A stretch of 64,000 bases of DNA, taken from the human T2T-CHM13v2.0 reference genome, Homo sapiens. The notes beneath the pieces were generated by a model that was given only the letters and a program-made list of their open reading frames with translations, had not been told where the DNA came from and did not search any database. Of the stretch, positions 1 to 14,280 are shown piece after piece (position 1 is the first letter of the stretch; every line of letters starts with the position of its first letter). The stretch lies in the NCBI RefSeq assembly GCF_009914755.1, contig NC_060932.1. One strand, 5' to 3'. The position numbers and the translations under genes were made by a program.

Positions 1-69
1 CCAAATAGAAGTAAATGTTATTGACAATTTTTTTATTCCAAGAATAAGGAAAATAGCAACAATAATAAT

Positions 70-275
70 AAAAGCAACTATTCATTTATCATATGCTCTA
101 TGCAAGATATTGAGCTGTGCCACATACATTTATAGTATTTAATTTTCAAAGCTAGGAGCTGAGGTATGTATGTTTATCTCTGTTTTGCAGGCAAGACAAC
201 TGAGGCTTAGAGACATGAAACAATGTGCTCACCACCACCCGGCACCTAATGGGAAGAGCATGGACTCAAACCATG
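70..275 (-). mobile_element. MIR SINE fragment
   Basis: tatctctgttttgcaggcaagacaactgaggcttagaga resembles the reverse complement of the MIR core. Confidence 0.7.
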
Positions 276-2595
276 GCCCATGCTTTTTTTTTTTTTTCCC
301 CAGGAATGCTTTATGTTTCTGCCTTCTCTGCCCCTCACCTTATTGACCCAGTCTATGGACGTGAGTTTCTTCAATCTCATAATAGTTCTTCATTGCCTTG
401 CTGACTTTTCTCCTTTAAGCATCTCACTTTCCATTAGCACTGATACTTCACCCCAAGGCCGGCCCATTTGTTTGAACCATTGATACACACAACTGGATTA
501 GTTTCCCAAACATCTCATTCCTCTTGGTTCAGTTCTGCATGTTCTTCTCTGTTTAGATAATAAGTCATAGTACCTCCTTTCTGACCAGACATACTAAAAT
601 TAGGAGACATAGGTTCTAGGCTTTGTTGTCTCGCTAATAACTCTGAATAATTAAGCATGTCGAGGCTCCATTTATTGTGACAGACAGATATCTAGGTTGA
701 TTTACTCTTGTACATAAGGGTAGCATAACCATATATTGAGCATTTAGTATGTACAGGAACTTTGAAAAAGAGAGGTAAACTTTACACATTACGGATAATC
801 CAGCAAAAAGAGCAAAGCATTGTGAATGGAAAGCATTTGACTTAAGTTTACAGGATTGGAAATTCCATAGGTGGAGAGAAGGCGGACATGCAATCCAGCT
901 GGAGGAAGCAATTTTGAACAAAGACAGAGAGAACACAGAATAAGAGCAGGTGGCAGAAAGTTGTGGAAAAGTCATAGAAGGTGATTTGTTGTTCAAGAGT
1001 GGGTGAAAACAGGAAACTCATTAAAACCCTTCATCTTATACGTGGGAAAACCTAAAGCCACTGGAAGATAACAGCTCATCCCCAAAACTCAAAACTGGCT
1101 AGTTTTAGGGATGTAAGTATACAAAGTCCAACAACTGCCTTTGCTGAATTGACTAGTTCATCCTTATAAAATGATTAATCCAATAAGCTCTTAGGGTAAC
1201 AATTAAGCTGGATGTGCTCAAAAGATTTCAAATCATCCAAGAAAACATGACTGGTAGTGAACACAAGTATAGACATAAAGAAGTGAGGGAAAAGAAGGCA
1301 CGCAGGTATTTCTGTGATTACCTTGGTTAGCAACATGACTCATTTAATGTATTGGTTGGTCGGAATTAGAACCCACCTTTCTAAATAAGCTCACTGGTAT
1401 GTAATTTGCTTTCCACAACTTCTGACTAGCTATACAACAAGAAGAGAAAACTGAGCAATAACCCAAGGAATTCTTAAGACTAATTTATATAAATTGGCTT
1501 TTGTTCTTTTTAGTAACCAAAGTTAATGATACTACTCTAGCTGCTCCAAATCCCCTGTTTTTTATACTATTTTGCAGCAGGGAGGCTTTGTTTTTGGTGG
1601 GTTAGGAATGCTTTGAGAATCTCAGAAAATCTTTAGCTCCTACATGTCGTTAGTATCCAAACCCAGAAAAAAAATATATACTTGTGTGCATACACACAAT
1701 ATATCTAATTTTATTCCATATTTTTGGTACCTTCAAAGCATGTGCAACCATAAATACAATTGGGATTTATAAACTCTTGTAAAGAAATCTGTTTTATACT
1801 TCACAAAACAAGTTCACAAATATTCATGTAAAATTTACACCTCAGTTATGGAGATAAAGAAATTGAGATATGCAAAGGTAAAAATGGGCTTCCCTCATTC
1901 ACACAGCTGGCCCTTGGAGGAGCAAGACATGGTTCCAGAACTTTTAGTCTTGATGCATTGCACTGCATTTTTGTATACATCATGTGTGCTATTCCTTGGA
2001 TAGATTACGGCTGGTGAGAATAAGTGGGATATTATGCAGAGCACATTTCATATCTAATTATAAATAAAGCAAGGGTCAAATGGATAAAAGGGCATCTCTT
2101 TAAGCTGTCTTTTCCAAAAATGAAAGGATGAGCTTTCAAGCGTGTAAATTGCACACATGCAGGGAGCCAACAAGAACACTGCACATGTGGAAACTCACAT
2201 ACTGGTATTCTTCAAATATTCATTGGCTTCCCCATGTTGAAACATCAGTTAACTGTAAGTCAGTTTCACAGTCCCCTTACACTCTTGTTCATTTGGCTAC
2301 AGCTAGGTCCCTCTCATTCAAGAGATCATCAATGAAAGATGGATTTGCCAGGCTTAATTGAATCTTCCATATTCAAGACTGCCCTCTCCATTTGATAAGA
2401 AAAGAGATATTTAAACAGGCTCTTGTCTCTTAAATGTCAAAATCTCTTAGCCGGGCTTACAGAGTTGTTCAGGTCATTAGTTCCTCTCCTGTCTTATATC
2501 TCCCAAACTCTAATGTATTACCTCTACCAGGCTGTCAGAGCCACAACGGTCCAATTATATCATATTCATCTTTGTGCTCCTAATTTCTAGCATTG

Positions 2596-3335
<740 letters not shown>

Positions 3336-3435
3336 CACCCCTGTGTGGTGTCTGTCATATGGTGGACACTGAACAGACGTCAAAAGAACTACCACCTAAA
3401 ACAATGCTCACCACATAGCTGATCTGCAATTAATG

Positions 3436-3460
3436 TGTTGTTGTTGTTGTTGTTGTTGTT
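3436..3460. repeat. (GTT)n microsatellite
   Basis: About 8 GTT units. Confidence 0.9.
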
Positions 3461-4174
3461 TTGTATGGATATGTTTGTACTCTCCTCCAATCTGCCTATA
3501 CCCTAAATATCCATAAATGCTAGCTGTCTTTCCAAATCAGTGATCTCATTAAACATACTCTATAACAGGAAGGGAGCTAAAATTGGCTGTTATATGTTGA
3601 GGCATGGCTTTATATATTAAATGTTGGTTCACTTTTTTAATTCCCGTGCCATGGGTGTGGCTATCCCCATAGAATGAACAAATAACGTATTGTGATGAAC
3701 TAACTTGTTCAGGCCCACTCAGTCGTCAAGCTATAAAAACTGAGAGCTCAGATCTTGTTTAAAAGCCCATTCTTTATTTATTCACTGTATTGTCTATTCA
3801 TTCAGGAGCCAGATGAAGGAAATGCTTTTCTCCTGATGTTAGAGATGAGGAAAGGTGGTGGACTCAGTTAAGCATGAGACAGATTATGGAAATTTTTTTT
3901 TACTTTATTACTATTATCAAAGTCTTGCAGGAAACAGACATCACTTTCAAAGGAGTGTCTGAAAAGAATAAAATGAAGAGACTGTTTCCTGAAGTGTAGG
4001 CACAACACAGGGAATTAATGAGGAATAATGAAGATCCCAGACCCTATCAATTGAGGGAAGCCATCATCTCCCACAGGCCTGGAGAGGCAAGAGGGAATTA
4101 CCAGAATTCAGTAAGACCCTTGAAGATGTAGTTGAACTGTGGCTGTGTGAGGGAGGCCACCAGATAGGAGTTGG

Positions 4175-4285
4175 CTGGGGACTTTCCTGACTTGCCCAGA
4201 GCTATCCCAGTTTCATTATTGAAAGTCCTGCATCCTGAGACATTTCTCATTCCTAAGCAATCCAGGATGCTGAGTGAACATAGCT
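4175..4285. mobile_element. MER81-like hAT-Blackjack MITE
   Basis: ttgcccagagctatcccagtttcattattgaaagtcctgcatcctgaga resembles recalled MER81 consensus. Confidence 0.55.
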
Positions 4286-4699
4286 GTTCCATCTTGCATA
4301 GAATATTGTAACCAATGTCAAGCCATAGCTAAGGAGCGATGGGAATAGAAGAGGGATAAGGTGGAACTAAGCCCTTTGTCTACAGAGAGTGCCTTATACT
4401 GGTCCCACCCAACGGGATGCTTGAATGCAAGGGAGTTTATGTGATCCAGCCTGTAAAGGTCAGTCTGTAGAGGCTCATAAGCAGGAAAGAGAAAGACAGA
4501 GGACAGATCTGGGAAGTCACATGGAATATACTCATGCGAGTGCCGTGCAGTAGAAGATAGGCCATTTGCATGGTGTGATGGGTGTGAGGGGCCACTGGGT
4601 ACAGTAGTTGCCTGTGGAAAATCATGAGCTGCTTACAAAAGACAGTCTCACTCCCTAGCATGGCATGGCATCGTTGGCTCTTTAATAGCCGCAGCTTGA

Positions 4700-5130
4700 T
4701 TTTCTAATCTTATCACTTGAAACGTTTCCTGTGTACATGAATTTTACAGTCACAAGGGACTACTTAGCATCCTCCGTCATACCTGCACTTGTTGACTCTA
4801 TGGTCTCACTGATTCTGCACCTGTAATGTCATCCTCACCTCCGTCTGCAAGCAGTTTACTCACTTCTAAGACTATAACCTAAGCTAATGACCTTCAACCC
4901 ACAAAATGACTGTTTTTCTTTATTTTCCCACCACATTTTATACCATAAAAACTGTTATTATTTACCTCCCTTGCCATGTGACTCTGAGTGTCTCTCCAAA
5001 TCTTCTTTGCTTCCACAGAGGTGGTGGGATGCTAGTCAGCAGTGACTATGTCTGATTTGCTTTTGTCTCCCAAGCTGGACCTAATGCAATATGTTGCACA
5101 ATGTGTGTACTCAATCAACTTTTGTTCTGT
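4700..5130 (+). mobile_element. L2 fragment
   Basis: Degenerate L2 3' end, ending gtgtactcaatcaacttttgtt. Confidence 0.5.
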
Positions 5131-5798
5131 GTAGAACTGAATTCAAAAACAAAATGTGACAAAGAAAATGTCCTGCAGCCTGAAACCTCCACAAGTACCC
5201 TAAACAGCCTGAGGAAATTTAATGAGAAGGATAATGTAGGTTTCTCCCAGGCACTCCTTACATGCCTATTCTTATGGAGCAAAATGCTCACTTATGTGTC
5301 TACTTTCATAGGAAATAGATTCTGTTGAGAGATGATGATTCTGCCTGTCTTCAAACTGAAACTCAGTAAAGGGTTCAGGTACAAACACTGGGTCGTGCCA
5401 ACAGAGCCACATTTGTAAATGGGTTGCACAGCTTTTCCAGAAAGAAAAAAGATTTATATCATAATCAGACAAAAGCATGCATTGCTAGATTAAGGAGAGA
5501 AAATTGTATGCTTCCATGATTTTTAGTAAGTATATGTTTCAGATACATTAAATCAAGCCAAATGTCTTTGGTCTCTTCTAAGAGACCTATTGAGGCCTGG
5601 TAGGCTCCAAGTGATGTGCTAAGGTAAGAGAAAAAATAAAGAATTTGGAGTCAACAATGTTACAAGTCCTAGACGCACCACTGCCAGGTGTGTGAACTTC
5701 AGCATCCTACTGGGTCTCTCAGCCTATTTCCACATCTATAAAAGTTGAAACAATGAATCTATGCTGCTCCGCCTTGTTTTGAAATTTTTTTTTTGTAG

Positions 5799-6130
<332 letters not shown>

Positions 6131-6289
6131 CAACGTTACACTTCTTCTTAGCAACTTAATGACTTTCTCTGTATTGCAAATCCCTCGTTAAACAAAGAGA
6201 GTGGTGCCAGTTCTGTCTATGGATCATGGTGTTAGAGAAAATTTGCTGAAATTATACAAATCACAAATGAAAGACATTATTACTGAAAA

Positions 6290-6520
6290 GCCTTTGGAGC
6301 AAAAATAGTAAGTTCTTCAGAGGTCTGGGTGCTTGGGTGTACAGCTTTTCCTTTCCACTTATTAACTGTGTAGCCTGAATACATTTCTTTATTTTAGTCT
6401 TAGCATCATTTATAAAGGAGAGATGAAGATACTCACTTTACCTGGCCAAGTTAAGGGTAGAATAAAATGATATGTATAAATAAAAGACTTGGAACATAGT
6501 TGGCATAGAGTAAAGTCGTT
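6290..6520 (+). mobile_element. MIR SINE
   Basis: ccacttattaactgtgtagcctgaa...gacttggaacatagttggcatagagt. Confidence 0.6.
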
Positions 6521-6794
6521 CTTTTTCTTCAGTTGTGGTATTTTTACATTATTCAACAGAGATATGCAACATTTAGTATGGACAATCATAGAAATTCCTC
6601 AGGGACTGTCACTTCTGCTAAAGTCATATGGGTATGTCAAAGGCAAAGGCACGCAGTGAGTTGTTAAAGAAAGCTGATCTCCTCTAAGGGATTGAATTTC
6701 TTATAAGCAGTTTCCCATATTGTGCCAGGGTCCTTACAACATTGCATTTCACAATCAGCAAAACTTTCACAAATATTATCATTATGGCATTGAG

Positions 6795-7352
<558 letters not shown>

Positions 7353-7899
7353 CATAAATGATTTGTGACTTCCTACTAGCCAGATAAGGGAATAGCATCA
7401 CCACGTGCCCAGCCAACAGATACTACAAGGAACACAGAAACAACTATAAGGGATCAAATGTTTGCTTACAAGACAAAAGGTTTCCCATCAGTGATTAGCC
7501 TAGTTTTAACATTATCTCCAAAGAGCGATTTTCCCTGGTACTTTCAACTCTTTATGCACTGTTTGGATTTTCCCAGTTGGAAGTAGACAATGAAGTGATA
7601 AAACTGAGGTAGAGAAGGTTTACAATGCCTTTGCTAAGCTTAAAAAAAAAATCAATGAAGCCTCAGAATCCTAAGGACTGAACTCTGAGCAATGCCTAAC
7701 AGGGAACGGAGAACCATGGATAAGAGCTATCTCAGGCTTTGACTGGAATGAAGAATCAGAGTATTTGAGGAAAAGAAAAAGAACATGAAAAATGACCTAC
7801 ACTGGGACAAGGAGAGACACTCTTGGCCACTTCTGGTCAATGTCTGATTAGTACCTAGCACCAAGCACAGACCCTCACACAGAGAAGGTGCCCAATGAA

Positions 7900-8120
7900 G
7901 ACTCTAGGTTCAAATCACACCTCTGGTACTGTGTATCCATGTCCCTGTGGATAAGGTTTTCAAATCCTCTGCATCTTAATCTCATTGTTTATAACATAGG
8001 GATAAAATAGTATCTACTCATAAGTTTAGAGTGGGAATCAAATTAGCAAAGCATATATAAAATATTTAGTATAATACTTGGCATATATTAAGTTCTTAAT
8101 AAATGCTTATTATTATTATT
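7900..8120 (+). mobile_element. MIR SINE, near full length
   Basis: taggttcaaatc B-box-like, ctactcataagttt, cttggcatatattaagttcttaataaatgcttattatt. Confidence 0.8.
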
Positions 8121-8412
8121 ATGTACATCAATGAGTAAGTGACCTATTGAGTGACTGAATAATGTGTTGCATGATTTTATCTTTCAGTAAGCAGGGGAAG
8201 AACCCATCCCAGAGGATACAGGGCTTCAGTTCACAAACCAGGTCCAGGATCTCTACTGGATGGTGGTCTGTGAACAATTCCCACGGGCTCTTTGTACTTT
8301 TGGTTCTGTTTTGAAAGCTGATAGTTCTATCTAAGCTACACAGTGAAAAACCTAATGTACTAAATTTATCTTCACTTCCTTACCATCACATTTATTTCTG
8401 TCTCCACGAAAC

Positions 8413-8874
8413 TAACATGATCACAAAGTGAAGTCCCACAATAGGCCTTCTGCAAGCTGAAGAGTAAGGAAGTCAGTCCAAGTCCCCAAACCTCAAAAGT
8501 ATGGAAGCCGACAGTGCAGTCTTCAGTCTGTGGCCAAAGGCCTGAGAGCCCCTGGCAAACCACTGGTGTAGGTCCAAGAGTCCAAAAATTGAAGAACTTG
8601 GAGTCCAATGTTCGAGGGCAGGAAGCATCCAGCATACGAGAAAGACGGAGGCTGGAGGACTTAGCTAGTCCTTCCATGTTCCTCTGCCTGCTTTATCCTG
8701 GCTGCACTGGCAGCTGATTAGTTGGTGCCCACTCAGACTGAGAGTGGGTCTGCCTTTCCCAGTCCACGGACTCAAATCTTAATCTCCTTTGGCAACACCC
8801 TCACAGATACACCCAGGAACAATACTTTGCATCCTTCAATCCAGTCAAGTTGACACTCAATATTAAGCACCACA
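8413..8874 (-). mobile_element. MLT2A (A2-like) ERVL LTR lacking its 3' end
   Basis: Ends caatactttgcatccttcaatccagtcaagttgacactcaatattaagcaccaca, the reverse complement of the MLT2A 5' terminus. Confidence 0.85.
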
Positions 8875-8890
8875 CATGGGTATAATGATA

Positions 8891-9341
8891 TGTGATGGTT
8901 AATTTTATGTATCAACTTTATTGGGCTACCGGAAGCCCAGACAGCTGGCAAAACATTATTTCTGGATTTGTGAGGCTGTTGCTGGAAAAGGCTAGCATTG
9001 GAATTGGTAGATAAAGTAAATAAGATTACCCTTACCAATGCAGGTGGATGTCATCCAATCTGTTGAGGGCCTGAATAAAACTAAAAGGTGCAAGAAGGGA
9101 AAACTTGCTCTCTCTACCTAAGCTGGGTCATGCACATAATCCTGCACTTGAATGTTGGTGCTCCTGGTTCTCAGCCTTCAGACTCAGACTGGAACTCACC
9201 CATCGGCTCCCCTGGTTCTCAGGTCTTTGAACTTGGACTTGAGTCACACCACTGGTTTCCCTGGGCCTCCAGCTTGCAGGTAGGAAATCATGTGGCAGAT
9301 CAGCTTGTATAACTATGTGAATCAATTTCTCATAATAAACT

Positions 9342-9373
<32 letters not shown>

Positions 9374-9418
9374 TCTCTCTCTGTTCATCAAGATTCTCCA
9401 AAAGGGGAGAACAAATAA

Positions 9419-9457
<39 letters not shown>

Positions 9458-10067
9458 TGAGCTTATTAGGGAATATTGGCTCACATGACTGGGGGAGAAC
9501 CAATAGGACAATTGGCTTACATGACTACAAGGCAACATCCCATGATAGGCCATCTGCAAGCTGGGCAAAGAGAAAAGATAGTAGCATGACTTAGTTCAAG
9601 TCTGAAAGCCTCAGAAACAGTGTAGCCTTCAGTCTGAGACCAAAGTTCCAATAGCCCCTGGGAGGCTGCTGGTAAAAATCCCAGAGTCCAAAGGTCCACA
9701 CACCTAGAATCTGATGTTCAAAGGCAGGAGGAGAGGAAGCAAACATTAAGCACAGGAAGCTAGAGTGTGAGAAGACTCAGCAAGCAAACCTATCCCCCTT
9801 TCTTACACTTGCTTTGTTCCAGCCATGCTGGCAGCCCATTGGATGGGACCCACCCACATTGAAGGTGGGTCTTCCCTTCCCAGTCCACTGATTCAGATGT
9901 CCTCTTCTCTGGGAAAAACTTCACAGACACACCCAGAAACAACACTTTACCATCCATCTAGGCATCCCTCAATCCGGTCAAGTTGACACTTAATATTAAC
10001 CATCACACTCCCTACCTCTTTATCCATGCCAGGCCTCTTGTTTCTTTGGAAAACCCTGGCTAAAATA
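8891..10067 (+). mobile_element. MLT2C/D-like ERVL LTR, split by an inserted LTR at 9382-10007
   Basis: Starts tgtgatggttaattttatgt; aataaa then CT repeat; resumes to ttctttggaaaaccctggctaaaata, followed by ERVL-int start gattttaataccaagagt. Confidence 0.8.
9382..10007 (-). mobile_element. MLT2B ERVL solo LTR containing (TG)n
   Basis: TG...CA ends, terminus gttgacacttaatattaaccatcaca, TSD ctctc / ctccc. Confidence 0.85.
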
Positions 10068-10129
10068 GATTTTAATACCAAGAGTGATGTTAAAGGAATG
10101 GAATTTTAAGAAAAAATCTTCGGAAAAAA

Positions 10130-11069
10130 ATAGAAGTTTAAGCAAACCATAAGCGGAACTTAAAGATTTGGAAAATTCTTAATCTATCCATATTGTAAAA
10201 AATGACAACACTAAGGGTGTGAACGAGCGTCCATTTGATAGAAAGATCAGTATGGGTGTGAACCATAGACTTAACAAGTAAATCCAGGAGGAAAGTGAAC
10301 TGCAAGAGAAGGAGATGAGAAGAAATGAAGGAATACTGTCAGACTTCTTGGATTTTACAGGACAAGACCAAGAAGCTGTTCAGCTGAAAACATGGGCTAT
10401 TCTTCAAGACAAGGGAAGAATGCTCCTGAAAGTGATTCACAGATAATCAGGGAATGCCTCCTCAGTTTCAAAAGGGTAGCCCACCACCTTGCTTTCAACA
10501 AGCCAAAAGGTCTCTGCACAGAGCTGTGGTGTTGGGGCCACCCAGAGCCATGGGGAAATAACGGCTGCTGAGTAGAGTTGTCGGGGCAGAACCTCCACCT
10601 CAGTGGGTCTAGAAGGCTAAACCCCTGACCCAGTGGGTCTGGAAGGCAAGAGCTCTACTCCAGTAGGCCTGGGATATAGCATTGAGCCAAAGAGGATTAT
10701 TCTTGAGCTTTATGATCTCATGAAATTTGCTTTATAGTTTAGATTTATTTGGAATCTGATACCTCTTTATTTTTCCGATTTTTCCCTTTTCAAATGAAAA
10801 CGTCTATCCTATGCCCATCTTACCCAGGTATTTTGGAAGTATATAACTTTTTTGGTTGTATGGGTTCACAGCTGAAGAGCAACTGACCCCAGCTTAAATC
10901 ATAGTTCAAGTCTCACTCATATCTGATTTAGTTGATATTTTAATGAGACTTTGTGCTTTAGAGTTTTGAGTTAACACTAAAAGAAGTTGGAAGTCTGGGG
11001 TATGTTAGGATGAAATAAATGTATGTTGCATGTGGGACGGACATAAATTTTGGGAGACAAGGAGTGGGG
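10130..11069 (+). mobile_element. MLT1A-type MaLR internal region
   Basis: ttaaagatttggaaaattct, repeated cagtgggtctagaaggc, purine tract abutting the LTR. Confidence 0.7.
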
Positions 11070-11436
11070 TGCTATAGACTGAATGTACACGACCCCACAA
11101 AATGCATATGTTGAAATCTTAACCCTTAACATGATGGTATTAGTAAGTGAGGCCATTGGTAGGTGATCAGGACATGAGGGAAGAACCTTCATGAATGGGA
11201 TTAGTGTTTTTATAAAAGAGACTTTGGAGAGCTCCCTTGTCCCTTCACACATGTGAGGACACAGTGTGAGGATGGGAGTTCATGAACCAGAAAGCAGGCA
11301 CTGAGCAGTTGCTGAATCTGCTAGAGCCTTGATCTTGGACTTCCCAGCCTTCAGAAATGTGGGAAATAAATTTCTGTTGTGTATAAGGCGCCTAGTCTAG
11401 AATAGTTTGTTATTGCAGCCTGAACAGACTAAGACA
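11070..11436 (+). mobile_element. MLT1A/MLT1A0 MaLR LTR
   Basis: tgctatagactgaatgt...aataaatttctgttg...gcagcctgaacagactaagaca. Confidence 0.85.
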
Positions 11437-11790
11437 TGATACCTCATAGGACTGTTGTGATAATGAATTTTACATTTACTGATAACATTCACTTAGGAAT
11501 TGTTTTCTCAGTTTATTCCTGAACTTAGTTGAATGAAAAAGAGATGCTAATTCCTATTGAGTCAAGTGTTACATTAATGTGGCTAAAATGCCACTTAGAA
11601 GAAGTGGTTCTCTTTTTTCTGGTTAGATAATTTCTAGAATTTTGCTCTTTTCTCTCCAATCATAGACTCCATTCTAATGGATTATGGTTGGTTTTCTACC
11701 CTTGGCTAGTTGGGACTCCAGGACATGTATAATACACATCAGCAGCCCTAGGCTGAAGGACTTTATGGGGCCTTGCAGATCTCAATTCTT

Positions 11791-12078
11791 TTTTTTTTTT
11801 TTTGAGATGGAGTTTCGCTCTTGTTGCCCAGGCTGGAGTGCAATGGCGCCATCTCGACTCACCGCAATCTCCGCTTCCCTGGGTTCAATCCATTCACCTG
11901 CCTCAGCCTCCCAAGTAGCTGGGATTACAGGCATGCACCACCACGCCCAGCTAATTTTGTATTTTTAGTAGAGACAGGGTGTCTCCGTGTTGGTCAGGCT
12001 GGTCTCGAACTCCCAACCTCAGGTGATCCACCTGCCTTGGCCTCCCAAAGTGCTGGGATTACAGGCATGTGCCCAGCC
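11791..12078 (-). mobile_element. AluSp/Sq SINE
   Basis: gagtttcgctcttgttgcccagg and gcaatggcg diagnostics; TSD ctcaattctt. Confidence 0.95.
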
Positions 12079-12429
12079 CTCAATTCTTACTCAATTCCAT
12101 GAGGTCATGTTACTTTTAGTGCAGTTTCAACTTGCAGAAGCATCAATTTCAGTTTAATTTAATGTTTGATAAACTGAAACCCTGGTATCATACTTAGTAT
12201 TGTGCTTTTTTCATACCCAACATCCAATTTTGCTAAATTTTTTTTAGCATCTGTAACCAACTTATATCCTAAATGAAACTTCTGTAAACTGTCTTGCACC
12301 TTGCCTCTCACTTGTAGTACTGAATTCCCTGTTTCCACTCATACCAATCTCTGGTTCACTTTTCACAAAGGATTTATTAAGTCTTATCTCTCCAATGACT
12401 TATCTGTTACAATAAGACTAAAGTACAAA

Positions 12430-12895
12430 CTACCTATCATTGTGTACTCAATAGTACATAATTTGGCCTCTCCCTAAGTTCCAATTCCATATCCTCCTGC
12501 TTCCCATACCATTGACTGTGCTGTGACCACACTGGTCTACTTGACTACACCAAGCTCAATTCCCATCTCTAGGCCTTTGAACTTGGTCTTCCCTCTACTT
12601 GGAATGCTTTTCCCTCTTGTTGTCAAATGTCTCTTTCTCTTAAAAAGCCTTTCTTGACCACTCTAACACTTTCTCTTCACTTTCAGTCGTTCTTTACCAT
12701 ATCAAAACCACAAGTCTTTATTGCATCTATTAGGATCCAAAATTATTTATGTTATGCATTTTTCTTTCCTCATTATAGTGGAAGTTCCATGTTGATCAGG
12801 ATCCTGACTGTTTTGTTTGTCATATTCTCGATACTTGAAAATAATAATAATGCTTGGCATGCAGTTAGAATGAAAGACGTGTGTTAGCTAACTAA
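12430..12895 (+). mobile_element. L2 3' fragment
   Basis: aggcctttgaacttggtcttccctctacttggaatgcttt...tgcttggcatgcagt. Confidence 0.65.
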
Positions 12896-13619
12896 AGACA
12901 GCATCATCAAAATCTTGGCAGAAGCAGTTGTGTTATATATGGGTGTGGGGGTTGTGGGTGTAATTGATCAGTTAATACAATTGCTAGCTCTTTTTTCGAC
13001 TTTCAATTGGGCTGAGAGTCAGTTGTGCTGTTGATTTAAAAGGGAGAATCAGTTGTCCCCATGTGCTCCCAACAGTCTTGACACAGAGCTCATTACTTCC
13101 TTTTATTTTCCAAAAAAGGAAACATAGTTGTAGCAAACACAATAATTACTCTGAATTTTATTGACACTTCCATGGAAAATGTGGGAGTAGGTCCTCATTG
13201 CAGATCCCCCACCAAGCAAATTCATTAGATCCTATTAGACATACATGTTATTTCCAGAATCCTTAGTAGTGCCAACAAATATGACTGCTTCTCCCTTTAC
13301 CTTTTCCTGTCTAGCTTTCTTCCTCCGAGAGCCATGATTTTCCACTGAGGTCTCTAAACCACCCAAGGTTCTATTATGTCAATGAGTATAAGGGCATCGG
13401 AACAGCTCCACATTTGCACTCCCACCAGCCAAAAACAAACCAAACCAGAACAACCAAAAACCTTCAGGTTAGAGGATTCACACATTAAATACTTTTATAT
13501 CTAACATTATCCAATTGTGTATTGAACAGGATTGTATTTTAACTTGCTAAGTCCTCACTTGTAGTAAGAAGATCTTTATTCAAAGCCACTCCTGTGAACT
13601 AGCAAGTCAGCCTGAAATT

Positions 13620-13941
13620 CGAGAGAAAGGCCCCCAGAGTTAGCCTGTCGGTATTCTACCCACAAATCATTTCCTATTTGTATGAATTTGGACAAGTTAT
13701 TTAATCACTCTGAGTCTCTGACTGTTCATCTGCTGAAAAAGATAAAAATGGTGATAATTTTCACTTTAAAAGATGGCTGTGGTTTTAGTGGTATAGTCTC
13801 TTGTAGAGTGCTTATCCCCATGGCTGCTACATGGTATACCTTAATCAATGTAAACTTTCATTACCAACTGTGTGCTTTCTGGTGAATTTCCTAACCCTCT
13901 GAGCTTCAGTATTCCTTAGTAAACTGGGCATAATAATACCT
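13620..13941 (+). mobile_element. MIR fragments
   Basis: ttggacaagttatttaatcactctgagtct; ccctctgagcttcagt...ataataatacct. Confidence 0.65.
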
Positions 13942-14280
13942 CAAGAATACAATGCACTATTATTTGCTATAGTCACCATGATGTACAATAGAGCTCTATA
14001 ACTCATTCCTCCCGCCTAACTGGGACTTTTTACCCTTTTAACCAACATCTCCCCATTCCCTGTGCCCCCAGCCCTTGGTAACTACACTGTACTCTATATT
14101 TGAAAATTGCTAAGAGAGTAGATTTTAAATGTTCTCATCACAAAAAATAAATATATCTGGTCATGAATATGTTCATTAGCTTGATTTAATTATTTCACAA
14201 TGTGTACATATGTCAAAATACCATGGCATACATGATAAGTATATAGAATTTTATGTGTCAACTAAGACAATAATAATAAT
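13942..14280 (+). mobile_element. L1MA-type 3' end with inverted 5' part (13942-~14090 minus, ~14090-14280 plus)
   Basis: Plus part ttgaaaattgctaagagagtagattttaaatgttctca; the preceding part is the reverse complement of the upstream L1MA 3'UTR segment. Confidence 0.8.

Noticed and set aside
9128-9568. 146-aa ORF with TH and RE repeats
   Set aside because: Translation of (TG)n and (CT)n microsatellites within LTRs.
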